DNA of 59,861 bases, counting the filler, from Porpidia crustulata (taxonomy: Eukaryota), in the NCBI GenBank assembly GCA_964255105.1. It is 7 parts of 7 records of this genome, joined end to end, with 100 filler letters (N's around TTAATTAATTAA, not from the genome) between each part and the next. Parts side by side here need not be neighbours in the genome. Positions count along the whole stretch, not along the records: positions 17,142 to 25,610 come from CAXUWE010001110.1; positions 25,711 to 34,178 come from CAXUWE010001111.1; positions 34,279 to 42,743 come from CAXUWE010001112.1; 4 more parts are not named here. One strand, 5' to 3'. The notes under the pieces are model-generated. The model saw only the letters and a program-made list of their open reading frames with translations, searched no databases and was not told the origin of the DNA. A program made the position numbers and the translations under genes. Every line of letters starts with the position of its first letter. The stretch's first letter is position 1. This document shows, piece by piece, positions 24,035 through 36,682 of the stretch.

Positions 24035-25157
24035 ATGCTCAGTCAAATGTATGTAAGCATTTGCAATGAATCCACGTGGTCAATTATGAAAATTCCCAGA
24101 CCAACAAGTTTAGCAAACCCAAGAACGCCCGCTCAAAGCGGGAGCTTTCAAAGCGCCAACCCCTCGCCCATGAGAATCCCAAAACCGTTCTCTTTCTCAA
24201 GGGCACGAGCAGCTCGTCTTTAGTCAACGACCTTCTCACAGACCTTCACGCCCTCAAACGCCCGCTCGCCGTTCGCTTCACAAAGAAAAATCCGATTCGC
24301 CCCTTTGAAGATGCCTCCAGCCTCGAATTCTTTTCTCAGAAGAATGATACGTCCTTGATAGTATTTGGAAGCCATAGTAAGAAAAGGCCACACGCTCTGA
24401 CCTGGGTAAGATGTTTCGATGGTCAGGTCTTGGACATGATGGAACTTTATTTAGTACAAGATACAGCACGAACTCTCAGCCAATTCAAGGGGGATAAGTG
24501 CAAGGTCGGAGTCAAGCCACTTTTAAGTTTCTCAGGGGCGCAATTTGAGGATCCAGTGCCGAACCAGTATACTCAAGCGAAAAGCATGTTTACAGACTTT
24601 TTCCGCGGTGGGGAGACGCAGACAATCGATGTGGAGGGTTTACAATTACTTATTAGTTTCTTTGTCGGAGAGCCCATTGATGGAGGACAACTACCACAAA
24701 TTCACATGAGGTGTTGGAAAATTGTGACGAAACGAAGCGGGCAGAAGATGCCCATAGTAGAGGTCGAGGAGATGGGGCCTCGGATGGATTTCCGAATGGG
24801 GAGGACCAAGGAGACAGATAAAGGACTTCTCAAGGAGGCTATGAAAAAGGCGAAGGGGCTTGAGGTAAGTAGCGTATCGGTTTCTAGCGTATCCTATTGG
24901 TTCGAGTTTGCTGATTCAATCTACAGGCAAAACCTAAAAAGAATGTTGAGACAGACATTATGGGTGATAAGATCGGCAGAATCCACTTAGGCAAGCAAGA
25001 TTTGGGTGAGCTACAAACCAGGAAGATGAAGGGATTAAAACGAGGTAGAGATATAGACACAGATGGCGCTGGGGAAGACGATGGGACGTCAATGATCAGT
25101 GAGAGAGAAGTGGAGGTATCCGGTATCGCTAGTTCTAAGAAGTCAAGAATTGAGTGA
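24035..25157 (+). CDS. RPF2: ribosome biogenesis Brix-domain protein Rpf2, 3 exons
   Basis: MLSQI-KPKNARSKR, ENPKTVLFLKG, GSHSKKRPH, VEEMGPRMDF, GDKIGRIHLGKQDLGELQTRKMKGLKR. Confidence 0.96.
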
Positions 25158-25610
25158 ACTTGAGTTCCATGGCTAGGGCCATGGTATCACATTCGAAAAG
25201 GCGAGGCCAGCATTCAAACCCCTCCCAACGTTAGGACTGCATTTCCTAATAAGATCCAAATTCGTTATAGCGACATAATCCCCCTGTCCCTTCTTAAGGT
25301 ACTGTGGTGAGCAATGCTTAAACACGACGCAGAGGACGGAACATAATACAGAGCCAGTCTTAAGCACTCTCGCATTCCCTGTGGATACTAGCCACCGAGG
25401 TATCTATGATACGCCGACGATATCTTCAAATGATGACAATGCGATTTACCAATTAGCAAATTACGGGATGACCTGCTGTGATCATGCTGCAAAACTAGCT
25501 TTTATTAGATGTCTTCGGAAGAAAACATTCAAACTACTACGGTATCCGGGGGAACAATTGTTAGTACAGAAGCCACAGTTAGGGGTTATTTTGTATGTGC
25601 TGATCAATTG

Positions 25611-25710
25611 NNNNNNNNNNNNNNNNNNNNNNNNNNNNNNNNNNNNNNNNNNNNTTAATTAATTAANNNNNNNNNNNNNNNNNNNNNNNNNNNNNNNNNN
25701 NNNNNNNNNN
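25611..25710. other. artificial contig spacer
   Basis: N44-TTAATTAATTAA-N44. Confidence 0.98.
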
Positions 25711-27563
25711 AGGTCGGGGAGGTTTGTTTATTTGTTTGCTGTGTCTGATTTTGTATCGTACTCTATGATGCACTTTCGAGAAAAGAGCGGAATAGACATT
25801 TCCCTATGGCAGGGTCCCCGCGGGGCATTTATTTCCGCTCGTTCCGCTTTTTTTTTTTTTTCTTTTCACGTGTTTGCAACCCATCATCTCAAAGGCTTCA
25901 TTTCCGCAAGAACGAAGACGCATGGATATATTGTTTGTCGTGTGTTTGTGGTATATTATAAATACTGAAGGTTGTGGGTTATGGGTTGTGGGGTCTTTGT
26001 TAGTTTTTGTTATTCTGAGATTCTATAGGAGGATAGAAGAAAAGGAGGTAGTACGTTTCCGGTCTTGGAATAGGCGGGAGTATTGGATTTATTGTATGTC
26101 TTTGTGATGGTCGTTGTTTATGAAGGGGCAGCCGTGTCAAAAGTGGGAGGGGGGGAGATTCTTCTAAGAGCGAACTTTGCACGTCGATGGCGGGATAGTC
26201 GATAGGGTTTCTATTCCAAGAAGCAACAGCAGTAGAACGAGAGAGTTTGATAGCGATCTTAATGATAAAGTGATATATCATAATTTGACGCATATCATTT
26301 CCGGGAGGATCGCCATAGATTAGCAATTTGGAAAGTTCTCCAATGCTGCAATGCCTTGAGCAAAGCTTGAAGAGTTCTTGAGTAGAAAGCCTTAGTCTCA
26401 AGGGCAGACCGGGGGTGGTATTGTCTGAATTAGCGAGGAGCCATAGACTCACGATGAATGGTACGTGATTAGTATGTGTTCATGTCAATATGTGGGATGT
26501 TGTAGATATAAAATGAGGATGCCATCGTTGCGGAATAATGAATATGTAGAGTCGAACATTGCTCTCCGGGCTGTCTGTTGCTCTTGGGCTTGGCGGTATG
26601 CTTAGATTCGAATGGTTTGAATTCGTGTGTGGCAGTATATTACTTCGCGCACCAAGAGCTCCAAGATATCTTTCAAATCTCGATCTAGTAAGTGACTTGG
26701 ATCCCATCTTATAAGTTGTGCTCTGCGCCGAGGATGTATGCATCTGCGCCTTGCAAAAAGTTCGAAATCCTGTTCCAATTCGTCTTTTGCTCGTTATTGC
26801 TTGTATATTAATCATCTCCTGTGTTCCCACTCAATCATTTCAATCAATTACGATAAGTTGGTGGCTTTCCATTGAAGCCAGCCTCAACTGCCTATCACAA
26901 GCTTTGCAGAGCTCACCAATATCACGTGTCTTGTTCTTCATTTCAGAGATCTATAACTACAAGGAAATCGATTAAAGACGAGTCGTCACATTGGCTCTGA
27001 ACAACCACAAAGGAATTCGTGCAGTGTTGCGCCCGGAAAAAAATCAGTATTATCATCTAAGATATAGAGGTGGAAGACTTCATGGTCAAATTCTGCAGGC
27101 TACCGAGATAGCCATAGCCTGCAAAAAAAGCCATACGTAGCGCGAATTTTTCGGGCAGGAGATGTGATGTCGTTCGAGAATTGCTGTTACTGCTATCTAA
27201 CATATGAGGAGTGGGAGTTTCGGCGGTTGCCATACTGATTATATTCCTACTTGCAATGCTTGCAGGGCTGAAATACCTCTACTCTGAGCTTTGTGAGCTA
27301 AGATAAACGAAGTATCACAGCTGATACACCTGGTACTGATCCTAATCGATGTGTTGTCTTCCTCTAGAGTTTGTATGCGCACGAAGATGAGAAAGCAGTG
27401 GGCCAAATCGAGTTGTAAACACTGAAGAATACAACAAAGCGCGCTCGAAATTGGCGCCAGCCGCGCAATGCCAAGACTAGCTATGGAGCCCTGCAGCTTC
27501 GGATCCCTCGAAATATCCCGATTCCAAGGGAGCACTACATTGTTGTCATAACCACATCGAAAC

Positions 27564-28444
27564 ATGCGGTTACTCGTTGCAATATATGGGCTTCTCCCTT
27601 ACTTGTTCTCCCTGATCTCCGCTACCGCTCTCACCTACAAACTCGCCCCTAGCGAAAAAGCCTGCTTCTTCACGGATGTTCAACAAAAGGGCGCGAAGGT
27701 CGCTTTCTATTTCGCGGTAGGTTCTACCTTTGGCCTAGTCCAAACTTAATTTTGGCAATCGTCGAGTGCATCTACTGACTGCATTACCCGTTGTGATAGG
27801 TGCAATCAGGCGGTTCTTTTGATGTCGACTACACTGTGACCGGTCCTGGCGACAAGATCAAGATGGAAGACAGTAGAGAGCGCCAGTTGGATTCAGTATT
27901 CACCGCGGAGGACGTTGGCGAATACAAATTCTGCTTCAATAACGAGATGAGTACCTTTGCTGAGAAGATGGTGGATTTCGAGATCGCAGTACGTCGGCAT
28001 ACTTTCCTCACACCACCTCTTTCGAGCAACCTATAGCCCCCGTTACAATGTCCTATTTCCGCTTTGATCCCGCCTAATAACATCTCTCACCCAGGTCGAA
28101 AATGAATCCCGCTCCGCCCAGCTCCCCGCCAAACAAGGCACTTCCCCTGAACAGACCTCCGCTCTCGAAGAATCCATCCTCAAAGTCAGCGGCCACCTCT
28201 CCACCATCAATCGTAACCAAAAATACTTCCGGACACGTGAGAACAGGAATTTTAGCACCGTTAAGAGCACCGAGGGAAGGATATTCAATTTCAGCGTGGT
28301 GGAAAGTGGCTTGATGGTCTGTATGGCCGGATTACAGGTGTTCATTGTTCGCTTCTTTTTTCAGGGAGCGAGGAAAGGTCAGTACCACCACCACCTCATT
28401 CTGAAAGCAACAGAGGCTGACATCTGTGTGCAGGATACGTGTAA
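27564..28444 (+). CDS. ERP3: p24/emp24 family cargo receptor, gamma type (Erp3-like), 4 exons
   Basis: Signal peptide; GOLD domain EKACFF..KVAFYFA-VQSGGSFDVDY..GEYKFCFNNEMSTFAEKMVDFEI; YFRTRENRNFSTV; TM helix; tail FFFQGARK-GYV. Introns near 27717-27799, 27989-28094, 28378-28433. Confidence 0.9.
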
Positions 28445-30655
28445 GGGCGTCATGGTAAGTATAACATTATTCTGAAAAGGGAGGAATTCCGGCGTACAAT
28501 CATAGCTGGAATCATCTTGAGAACCATGGAAGTTAAAATTGAATACGCATCCATCCTTTCGCTGTGATCAAATGTGTATCCCGGTCCCTCTAGAGTTGCC
28601 GATTTTACATCTAGAATGCGCTCCCACGATTTACAAATCAGCACCTTTCCAATCGTTTACGATCAAATCAACGTCTCCTTCGTCATCATTGACTTCCCTT
28701 TTGCGGGTGTTTGTTGCTACAGAGAGGGTTCTACCTCCTCACCCATTTAACATGTCTATCTCCCGGCTTATCCTTTGAGCCGATCACTCGTCATCAAAGT
28801 GCAGCTGTTCCGAGTTCACAGTGCTCAGACGAGTTTCTGCGTGTAGCACTGAGAACCGTCTTGACCCTCGTGGATCTTTAGAGAATTCGCTATTTTACTT
28901 ATGTTAATTGTTGTGTGCTCTACGAATTACTAGTCTACTTAGTTCTCGTCTCAACGATTCTTTCTTCGAGGGTTTGGCGTTGGTAAACAGGCAAGACAGT
29001 TGCTGGAACAAAAGGTGGGTCCGAACCTGGAGGTGAATTTTCATCTCAAAAGAAATCATCTCGAGGGGCCTCTTCCATAGGTAGCCTGGCTTCCTTCTTG
29101 TACCAGAAACTTCCAATAGTCAAGACATCTATTTTGTGGGCCTAAATCCATCGATTTGTGCTTGAAGAGAAATACGAATCTCGTAAAGATATGAATACAC
29201 TAGGTATCTAGATGATCCGAGGAGGGATACGGATAATCCTCGGTAAATCATTGTATTGATGGAGATATCCCGCTTACCAACTGCCTTCTATTCACGTAGA
29301 ATGCACCAAAACAGCATATATAATGAACGGGCAGCTTCAGAAGGCAAGAACTACAAGTCGAGTCATAGTAGAGATCATTCTTGAACAAGACACTTGGCTC
29401 TGCAGTCAATAAATGGCAGCCCAATTCCTCAATGCTAGTGATGCACATTGGGCTTCCGAATGTTCCACTGATCTGATAGACCCAGCCGTTTTCCCACTCA
29501 TCTTGGTGCTAACAGAGAGGATAGCTCCTGTAAACGCGGTCCTTCCCCTACGTTTGCTATTTCGCAGGTTCTCGATCCAAGGATGGGATTTTGTCCAACC
29601 TTCGTGGATGTCGGTGATTCCTGTGGTTTTTGGTCGGCTCCTATTTGTACAGCAAATTCCTCCGGTGAATCTCACCTAGCCTTTGACTTGGGAAACGTTG
29701 CTCTTGCAAGCTACAAAACCTCATGTAACTGTTCATCAGACATCTGTAGCTTGGCGATGTATAAAATTAAAGAAGCTTCAATATGATCATATTGCCGTTA
29801 TAGCAAATACCCATGGGATGTAGAAAGCGCCGAGAATGTTGACTGGGAACAGTAAAAGAAGTTTCATGTCGTGAGATAGAAATTGTAAATTTCAAAAATG
29901 TTTATTTATTAAAGGGCGTTTTTGAGATGATTGGATTATAATCACGTCGTGGAAAGCGCAATCTTTTACACAATCCCAATTTGGCGGCCCCTTGACATCA
30001 GGAAATGGCGATCCACGGAACGAGTGCAATAATAATTCATCAGAGAGGATGAAGCTACCGCTATTGAATAAAGTTGATCGAAGAAAATTCCATACAATCA
30101 ATTACTTCAGTAGTTCCTCTTGGCATTCTCATTTCATACACACGCGGATTTGTGGGCACTCCTTCACCATGGGAAATTAGGGTCTGTTGCCTGTAGTACG
30201 AGATGGAGGATATTGGGGATTCGAGCAAGCCATTTCTTCTACGATTAATTTTTTCAACAGTTATTCCTCTGCTGTCCCATCAGCGTTGATCAAACGAAAA
30301 CCAACGCGCCTGCGCATGATGCGCTTATAAGTGACGTATCAGCCTAAACCCTATTGGTTTGTTTATGTTTCTGTTCAAGAAAAGCTCACTGTTTGCAATT
30401 TTCTAATAGCTACGAAATACTTCATCAACGCTCGTTTATATTTCAATGGATTAGCTCTGCAATATCTGTCATTCTTTTGTGCCCGACACAATCCTTCGTT
30501 ACGCGGTTACTGTGCAGGCACGTTTGATTAGCTGTTCTACCCAAGCCCTAGGTGTTTTGCGCCAATTGATCGACTACGCACTTCCCTCCCCAAGACATTG
30601 CCTCGCCGAAGCTCATAGGGGTCCAGCGTTGATGGTGATTCTCTCATGAGTTGCA

Positions 30656-33600
30656 ATGGCGCATACGGCGCCCAGCCTACCCACCCACTTTCCCTGTTGG
30701 TGTCGAGCCACCTACTCGTGGGGAGGAGAGTCGAAACGTGATTTAGGGTTCATCGAAGGAGACTTGATAGAATGCCTCAACGCCGGCGATGGATCATGGT
30801 GGATGGGACGTTTGCATCGGGACAAAAGGGCAATGGGGCTTTTTCCGTCAAATTTCGTAAGGGTTCTGGACGACAGCTTCCGGCCGGTCAGTCGAGCGAT
30901 AAGTCCAATGCCTCCCACAAATGGCCAAGAGAGCCTTTCGCATTCTTCAAGCGCAGCAACTCCACAAAAGTCAAAAGCCTTTCGAAAGCCTTTTACAGCC
31001 TATGCTTCGAGTCCCACCAAAGACAATCCACGAACGCCGAGCCCTAATATAACTCCAACAAAGACCAAGACTTTTCGCAAACCCTTCCAAGCCTATACAC
31101 GTGCTAGCTCGCCGAATCCTTCTGCCGCTCCCATAAATCTGGGAAATGTATCTAGAGGAGCATCACCAATCCCAAGCAGGGAATCAAGCTATATACAAAA
31201 ACCTTCGGTACCACCTTTGTCAGTGTATAATTCACATCACGGCTCACGTGTACCTTCTCCTGCTCCGTATCACCAACATCATCCAGCGTCCGTCACCGGC
31301 GTCCTATTATACAACGACGTCGGTTCATCCCCGCCTCCACCAGCGCCGCCTCCACATCGTGTTCCGTATACTGCTCCTGCTCCTCGCGCGACACCTTTTC
31401 CTACGCCTTCAATGACTGACCGATATCCGAAAATCTCTAGAGGACACTCTCCTGTCCCGAATTCGCCAGGTGTTCATGGAATGACACCCTCACCCTTGCG
31501 CGATGCTATGGACGATGTTATGTCTTCGCTCCATCACATGGAAATGCGCAGGGACGATTCTCCTTCTCCCGAGCAAGAGCAGCAGCCGCTCGATCCATGG
31601 TCACCGGAAGCTTTTAACGAATTTCGGCCAAAGCCTTCGAGAAGACATAGGGATCGACCACGATCGTCTCTTGGTATCGGTGCCTCACAACTAGAAGATG
31701 GAAACCAGACGGGAATTGCTTATGAGAGCCGGCACGAAGTGTCTTTGCAAAATTACGATGGCAGCCCACCCCATGTAGGTAATTATGTCGAGCGCATGGA
31801 AAATCGATTACGCACCATGCAAACAAACGATTCGCGAGCCCCGGATGAGCTCTTCCTTCCTAACGATGAGAACGATCCGCCACCTGCTCCACCACCTAAA
31901 AATTCTCCATTCCAGCAGAGGCCAATCTCGTCGTTAGACATGCCGAATTTAAGATCCGACAGTATTACTTCTAGCCGAAAGTTGAGGAACCGGAAGTCTG
32001 CCTACGAACTTGGCCGGGATATGCTGGGCCGGACATTCACGAACAAATCTAATACTACGAATTCGTCAAGTGGAGTTCAGAGCACAGCCACCAACGGTAC
32101 TACGAGTACTTCTAGTACGTCCAAAACCGGTCAGAGTATCATGAGTGGGCACTCAGCGGGCGGCTTTAGTGCAACTAGTGCAGGCAGCTTGGCTCGACGG
32201 AAAGGCTGGGGAAGTGCTATCAGAAGCAGGCCAGCAAGTGTAGCAGATAACCGACATGATGTTGCACCGGTCCCGCACGGCGAACGCAAGAATATGGGTC
32301 CACCCATCTCCATGCATAATAGCAGCTTCTACTCAAGCCAGGTGTCTAGGCCTGGTTCGGCTGCTGGGCTAGATTGGTCTGGAAGCACGGCCAATTCCGA
32401 TCCATTGCTTGGTGGCTTGATCACACCGAAGGCAAGGAAGAGTGGATTTTTCAAGAAACTCGTAGAATCTGCAAAGACTGGCGCAGCCAGTGCAAGGAGT
32501 AGCATTGCTGCCGGGCAAGGAGAGACGCCGCGGCCTCCGATCAAGAGTCTCCTACCCAATGGTGTAACGGCCATCTCAGGTGGCAATGCTGCTCGAGATA
32601 TGGGCCTTGGAGGAGGTAAGAGTGGGATTGATTGGGTCCAAGTACGGAGAGACATAAATCGATCGAATTCTCTTAGCCGCCACGAAAGAATGGAGAGGAT
32701 CGAACGATGCCAGATGATGAATTTTCCTGTAATTGCTCCAGTAAACGAGCTTTTGGGGTCTGCCCAGGGAGATGAAGGGGCGGATGGGCTACCCGTTGAT
32801 GATCCTACTGACTTCCGGACGGTAAATTTGCAACTTGTGGATAAAAGCGCTCGCTTTGTGAACAGCCTTCCACCAATGACTAATTCGACGAGCTTAACGC
32901 AGGGCTACGTGTGTCGACCATATCGAAGTGATGTACAGAGACTGAGGGCGATATTCACGTGGGTCAGCGAAAAGGTAGCTTGGGAAGAAGACTTTGAGGG
33001 AGAAGTAGACCCAAGGCGGGTCATTCAGATGAGGAGGGGGTGCGCGGAAGAAGTCGCGGTACTTGTGATGGAGATGTGCTCTGCCGTTGGCTTACATACC
33101 GAGGTCGTGAGAGGCTTTCTGAAATCACCTGGCGAAGCTGTCGACTTGGATAGCAATCCTCAACCCAATCACTGGTGGAATGCTGTGATTGTCGATAACG
33201 AGTGGAGAATAGTCGACTGCTCTCTCGCAAGTCCAACAAACCCAAAACGAGGACAATATTCAAGCGCTGGGCCTCAGGTTGCTGAATTTGGCTGGTTTTT
33301 AGCAAGGCCCATGGAGATCTGCTACACCCATATCCCATCGCACCTGGAACAGCAGCACATAAGTCCACCGATAGCCCCAGAAGTCCTCTTAGCCCTCCCA
33401 TGCGCTTGTCCGCCGTACTTCAAAAATAACATGCAGCTCATCGACTACGATACCAGCCTCACCCGCATCGAGGATCTCGAACTTGCCCACGTCCAGTTCA
33501 TCGTTTCTCCGGAAATCGAGTGCCATGCCGAAGTCATCACCCGCACCTACGCCCGTGATGCCGACGGCGATTTCTTCGAGAGTGGGGACTTCACGACCAC

Positions 33601-34178
33601 CCGCGCCCTCGCACAAGCAGAATGGGTTCAAGGCCAGAAACGCTACACCGTCAAAGCGCTCCTACCCGGGGACGAAGGCCAAGGGATCCTCAAAATTTAC
33701 GCCGGCGCCCGAGGCCTCATGCATTCCATCAAAGACAACCCTCACCCTCTTGCTTTCGCCCTTCCCATCACCCACACGGGCACGAACCCGCCTTACGAGT
33801 TCCTTGTCCGCCACCCCACGCCTCACGCTCAGCGCCACGACCTTTACGTCGCGCAGCCGCAATGCGCGAGACTCGCCGTCAACAACACCTTTGTCTTCGA
33901 CGTCCGCCAACATCCCTCGTCCCTCTCCGCCTCCTCGCCTTCACCCCGTCCGAATTCGCCAAATCCGCTGCGGCCCGGCTCGGCCATGTCGATGCTCTCG
34001 TCCGCCACCGGCAGCGATTATTTCTCCCCTCCCGCTTCCGTCGCCGGGTCTTCCGCGTCCGCGTCCGCGTCGTCGTCGAACCCGAACCAAAAGCCGGCGA
34101 AATTGGCCATCCAGGCGCCCAGCGGCAAAATCCTGAGGTTGATGCGCAAAGCGGACAATTTGACGAGTCCGGCGGGCG
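30656..34178 (+). CDS. CYK3: cytokinesis protein Cyk3 (SH3 + transglutaminase-like), truncated by contig end
   Basis: N-terminal SH3 (CRATYSWGGE..DLGFIEGDLIE..WWMG..GLFPSNFV); RLRAIFTWVSE and NHWWNAV..DNEWRIVD in the TGc-like domain; KPAKLAIQAPSGKI. Confidence 0.93.
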
Positions 34179-34278
34179 NNNNNNNNNNNNNNNNNNNNNN
34201 NNNNNNNNNNNNNNNNNNNNNNTTAATTAATTAANNNNNNNNNNNNNNNNNNNNNNNNNNNNNNNNNNNNNNNNNNNN
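34179..34278. other. artificial contig spacer
   Basis: N44-TTAATTAATTAA-N44. Confidence 0.98.
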
Positions 34279-35937
34279 TCACCCCTTGGTGCGCTGAACC
34301 CTATAAGGAGGCAGGGGAGGTTTGGTCGTAACAGGCAACACACCCTAAACGGGCAACTTTCAAGCGCTCTTTGTTGGGCTTAAGTCAAGTCGAGTCGAGG
34401 CACAAGCGTTGTCGCACACTTCTAGCCATTCAACGAGTCAACTTACAGGAGGAAATCGTATTAGATCTAACCTCAGAGCCGTTGCTGGATGGATACGAGT
34501 TGCGTATGTGAGCGGCTTGGATTTCAATATACAACTTGGTAGATTCATGGTGCTTAAATACTCGACTACGCCGGAGGAGCGATTGAGAATCAATTTAGCT
34601 GACACAGTCCTCAGAATCTGAACAAAGAGGCTGCACGCCTGATCTCGCCTAACAGTGCGCCTGACGCAATTTGATGTCCTTGTCAATGCCAAGAGAATAA
34701 TAGCCTGGGGTTCTGACGTGAATGGTAGATACCTCATAAGGATGCTTGCTTGTCACACGCTATCTTGGCATTTTGGCATGCTGTTCCAGTATCAAATTGT
34801 CACAAGTTCTTTCTACTAAGACTGAGACTCAGGTTTGCTAATCTTCAAAGAGACAAGACTTGTCTCTCGCCCTCTGGCTGTAGCGCACGAGAACGTTATC
34901 GCCTCAGGGTGGCAAGTCCCGGCTGCAGGTTTTCCGCGCGGCGCGGGAAAGATTGCTTATAGGCCCCTTTCTCACCATTCATCCGCGGACCCTCGACACC
35001 CTCATCGCTACCATGGCAGACAACGAGTCTAAAAAGAGCAAGAGTGATAAAAGTGAAGATAGCTTGCTTCACCGGGAACCCTCCAGGGCGCAGATGCTAT
35101 TCACCGTCAAAGGGTCTATAGCTCGCACTGTTCATCAGCTAGACTTAGATAGCGGTAAGGATTAAATTTAGAAAAATCAGAGCTCCAGACCTTTGGATCG
35201 TAGCGATCACATTGCGGTCTTTCTGTAGGATTAAGCCTCCACTTCTTGTTGATGCATTACCGTGGCGCATTAGAGAGTTGGACATTTGCCGACGTAGGAC
35301 TTCGCGGTAGATGGTTTCCAGTTGAGGGTAGTGCTTAATAAAATACGAGATATTTGGTGCATCATCCATGATGCTCCCGGCTGTTTCTTCTCTTATGGTT
35401 TTGAGGAGAGACAGCGTGTGAAGTAAGTGGGCCCAAGATTCAGAAAACCACCTGATGCATATTCCCATTGGTGCTGAGAGGGTATGTCAGCTTTTCGCGG
35501 ATATACAGCAGATAACTTAGTGATTGACCGACCAGGAGACGAAGCCTTTGAGCAAAGAATAGAAACTTATCCGGCCAGTGCTGCAACATTTGCGCTCGCC
35601 CAAGACCGTTATCATCCAAGCCGATATTCCTCATCTCCACTTCTGCCATCGGAACGAACCAACCTGCGTACGGGCTCTGGCTTTTAGAAGCCTGAAACAA
35701 GCAGTGAAGGCGTCAAGTAGTCTATCTCGGGCAAAGTACATGTCCCGACTAAACAAGCGAGAAATTTGGAAGACGTATTTCCAATTTATCCTTTCCCAAC
35801 TGGAATAAGTCCGCAATGCGCTAGGACTAATCTCAAACAAGTTCCTGCGCCAAAAGATCCTAGCGGGGCCGCGGGACAAGCACGTACAAGATCCACTCCT
35901 ATCGGGGCATCGCATGCTTACGTAGAATCTCTTTTCT

Positions 35938-36405
35938 TTGTGTTTGAGCGATCTCCCGTCTCAAGCAGCCATCTTCTCATACCCCTTACGAAGGAGGCAG
36001 CAGAAGGATTGGAAGGCATTCTCCTTTGAGCTCGTTAATATCGCAGTTCACAACGCCTTCCTGCTTCCTTATCGGTCCAAGGCGGCCAAGGAAAACAGGT
36101 TTCGTGGCCGCTTGGATTTCAGACAAGAGCTTTCTGAAAGATTGTTCGAATACTCGACGATGCTTCAAGACCCTAGCACTTGCAATACACCAAGAGCGGA
36201 GCATGAGAGGGTCCACATGGAGGAACAATCATGTGAAGTATGTGAGAAATTTCGAAGGAAGCTGCTGGCACCGCTTGGAGCTAATCGGAACACAAGAAAC
36301 AGGCTTGTGAAGCGATATACACTCTCATTGACAGGAGACGAAAAATGCCAGGTTAATCTATGCTTCAAAGGTGCCTGTTCGAAGGAGTTCCACAGGTTTG
36401 AATAG
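35938..36405 (+). mobile_element. degenerate piggyBac-like transposase remnant (C-terminal part)
   Basis: YPLRRRQQKDWKAFSFELVNIAVHNAFLL resembles the piggyBac W..LF..LLDIA..NA..L motif; DFRQELSERL; Cys-rich tail H..CEVC...GDEKCQVNLCFKGACSKEFH. No intact DDD core or TIR found. Confidence 0.72.
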
Positions 36406-36682
36406 CTTCAGTCTTGTGAAAATAGGGAGGTTGATGCAGCGGAGAATGTGTGAAATGTGAATGGATGAATGAGCGAAGACATTTCTCGTGATCAAAGGGA
36501 TATAGCCTCCCATAGCTTCTCCCAGTAATCAACCAGCCTACGCCTCTTCTGGTCATAGATCACTGGGAGCATTGTCACGTGCCTTTGCTAATGCCGAGCA
36601 GTGCTGAGGTTTACTCTGCCGTCGTTTCACCGCTTCCGTGACAAGCAGGCTCTCTTGATATATTCGAATCTGCTTCTGCATC

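Noticed and set aside
25786..25861. Short inverted repeat GAGCGGAA...TTCCGCTC followed by poly-T, resembling an intrinsic terminator
   Set aside because: Eukaryotic context, short imperfect stem, near a contig end; no support for function.
25980..27000. Minus-strand ORFs of 150 and 116 aa
   Set aside because: No recognisable motif and no convincing splice model; may be a decayed gene.
28500..30100. Protein-like minus-strand frame interrupted by TAG/TGA stops
   Set aside because: Could be a pseudogene, but no family could be recognised.
33389..34230. Long alternative-frame and antisense ORFs over CYK3 (similarly over COX10, SWC4, p24-alpha and the protease)
   Set aside because: Shadow ORFs produced by GC3-rich codon usage of the real genes.
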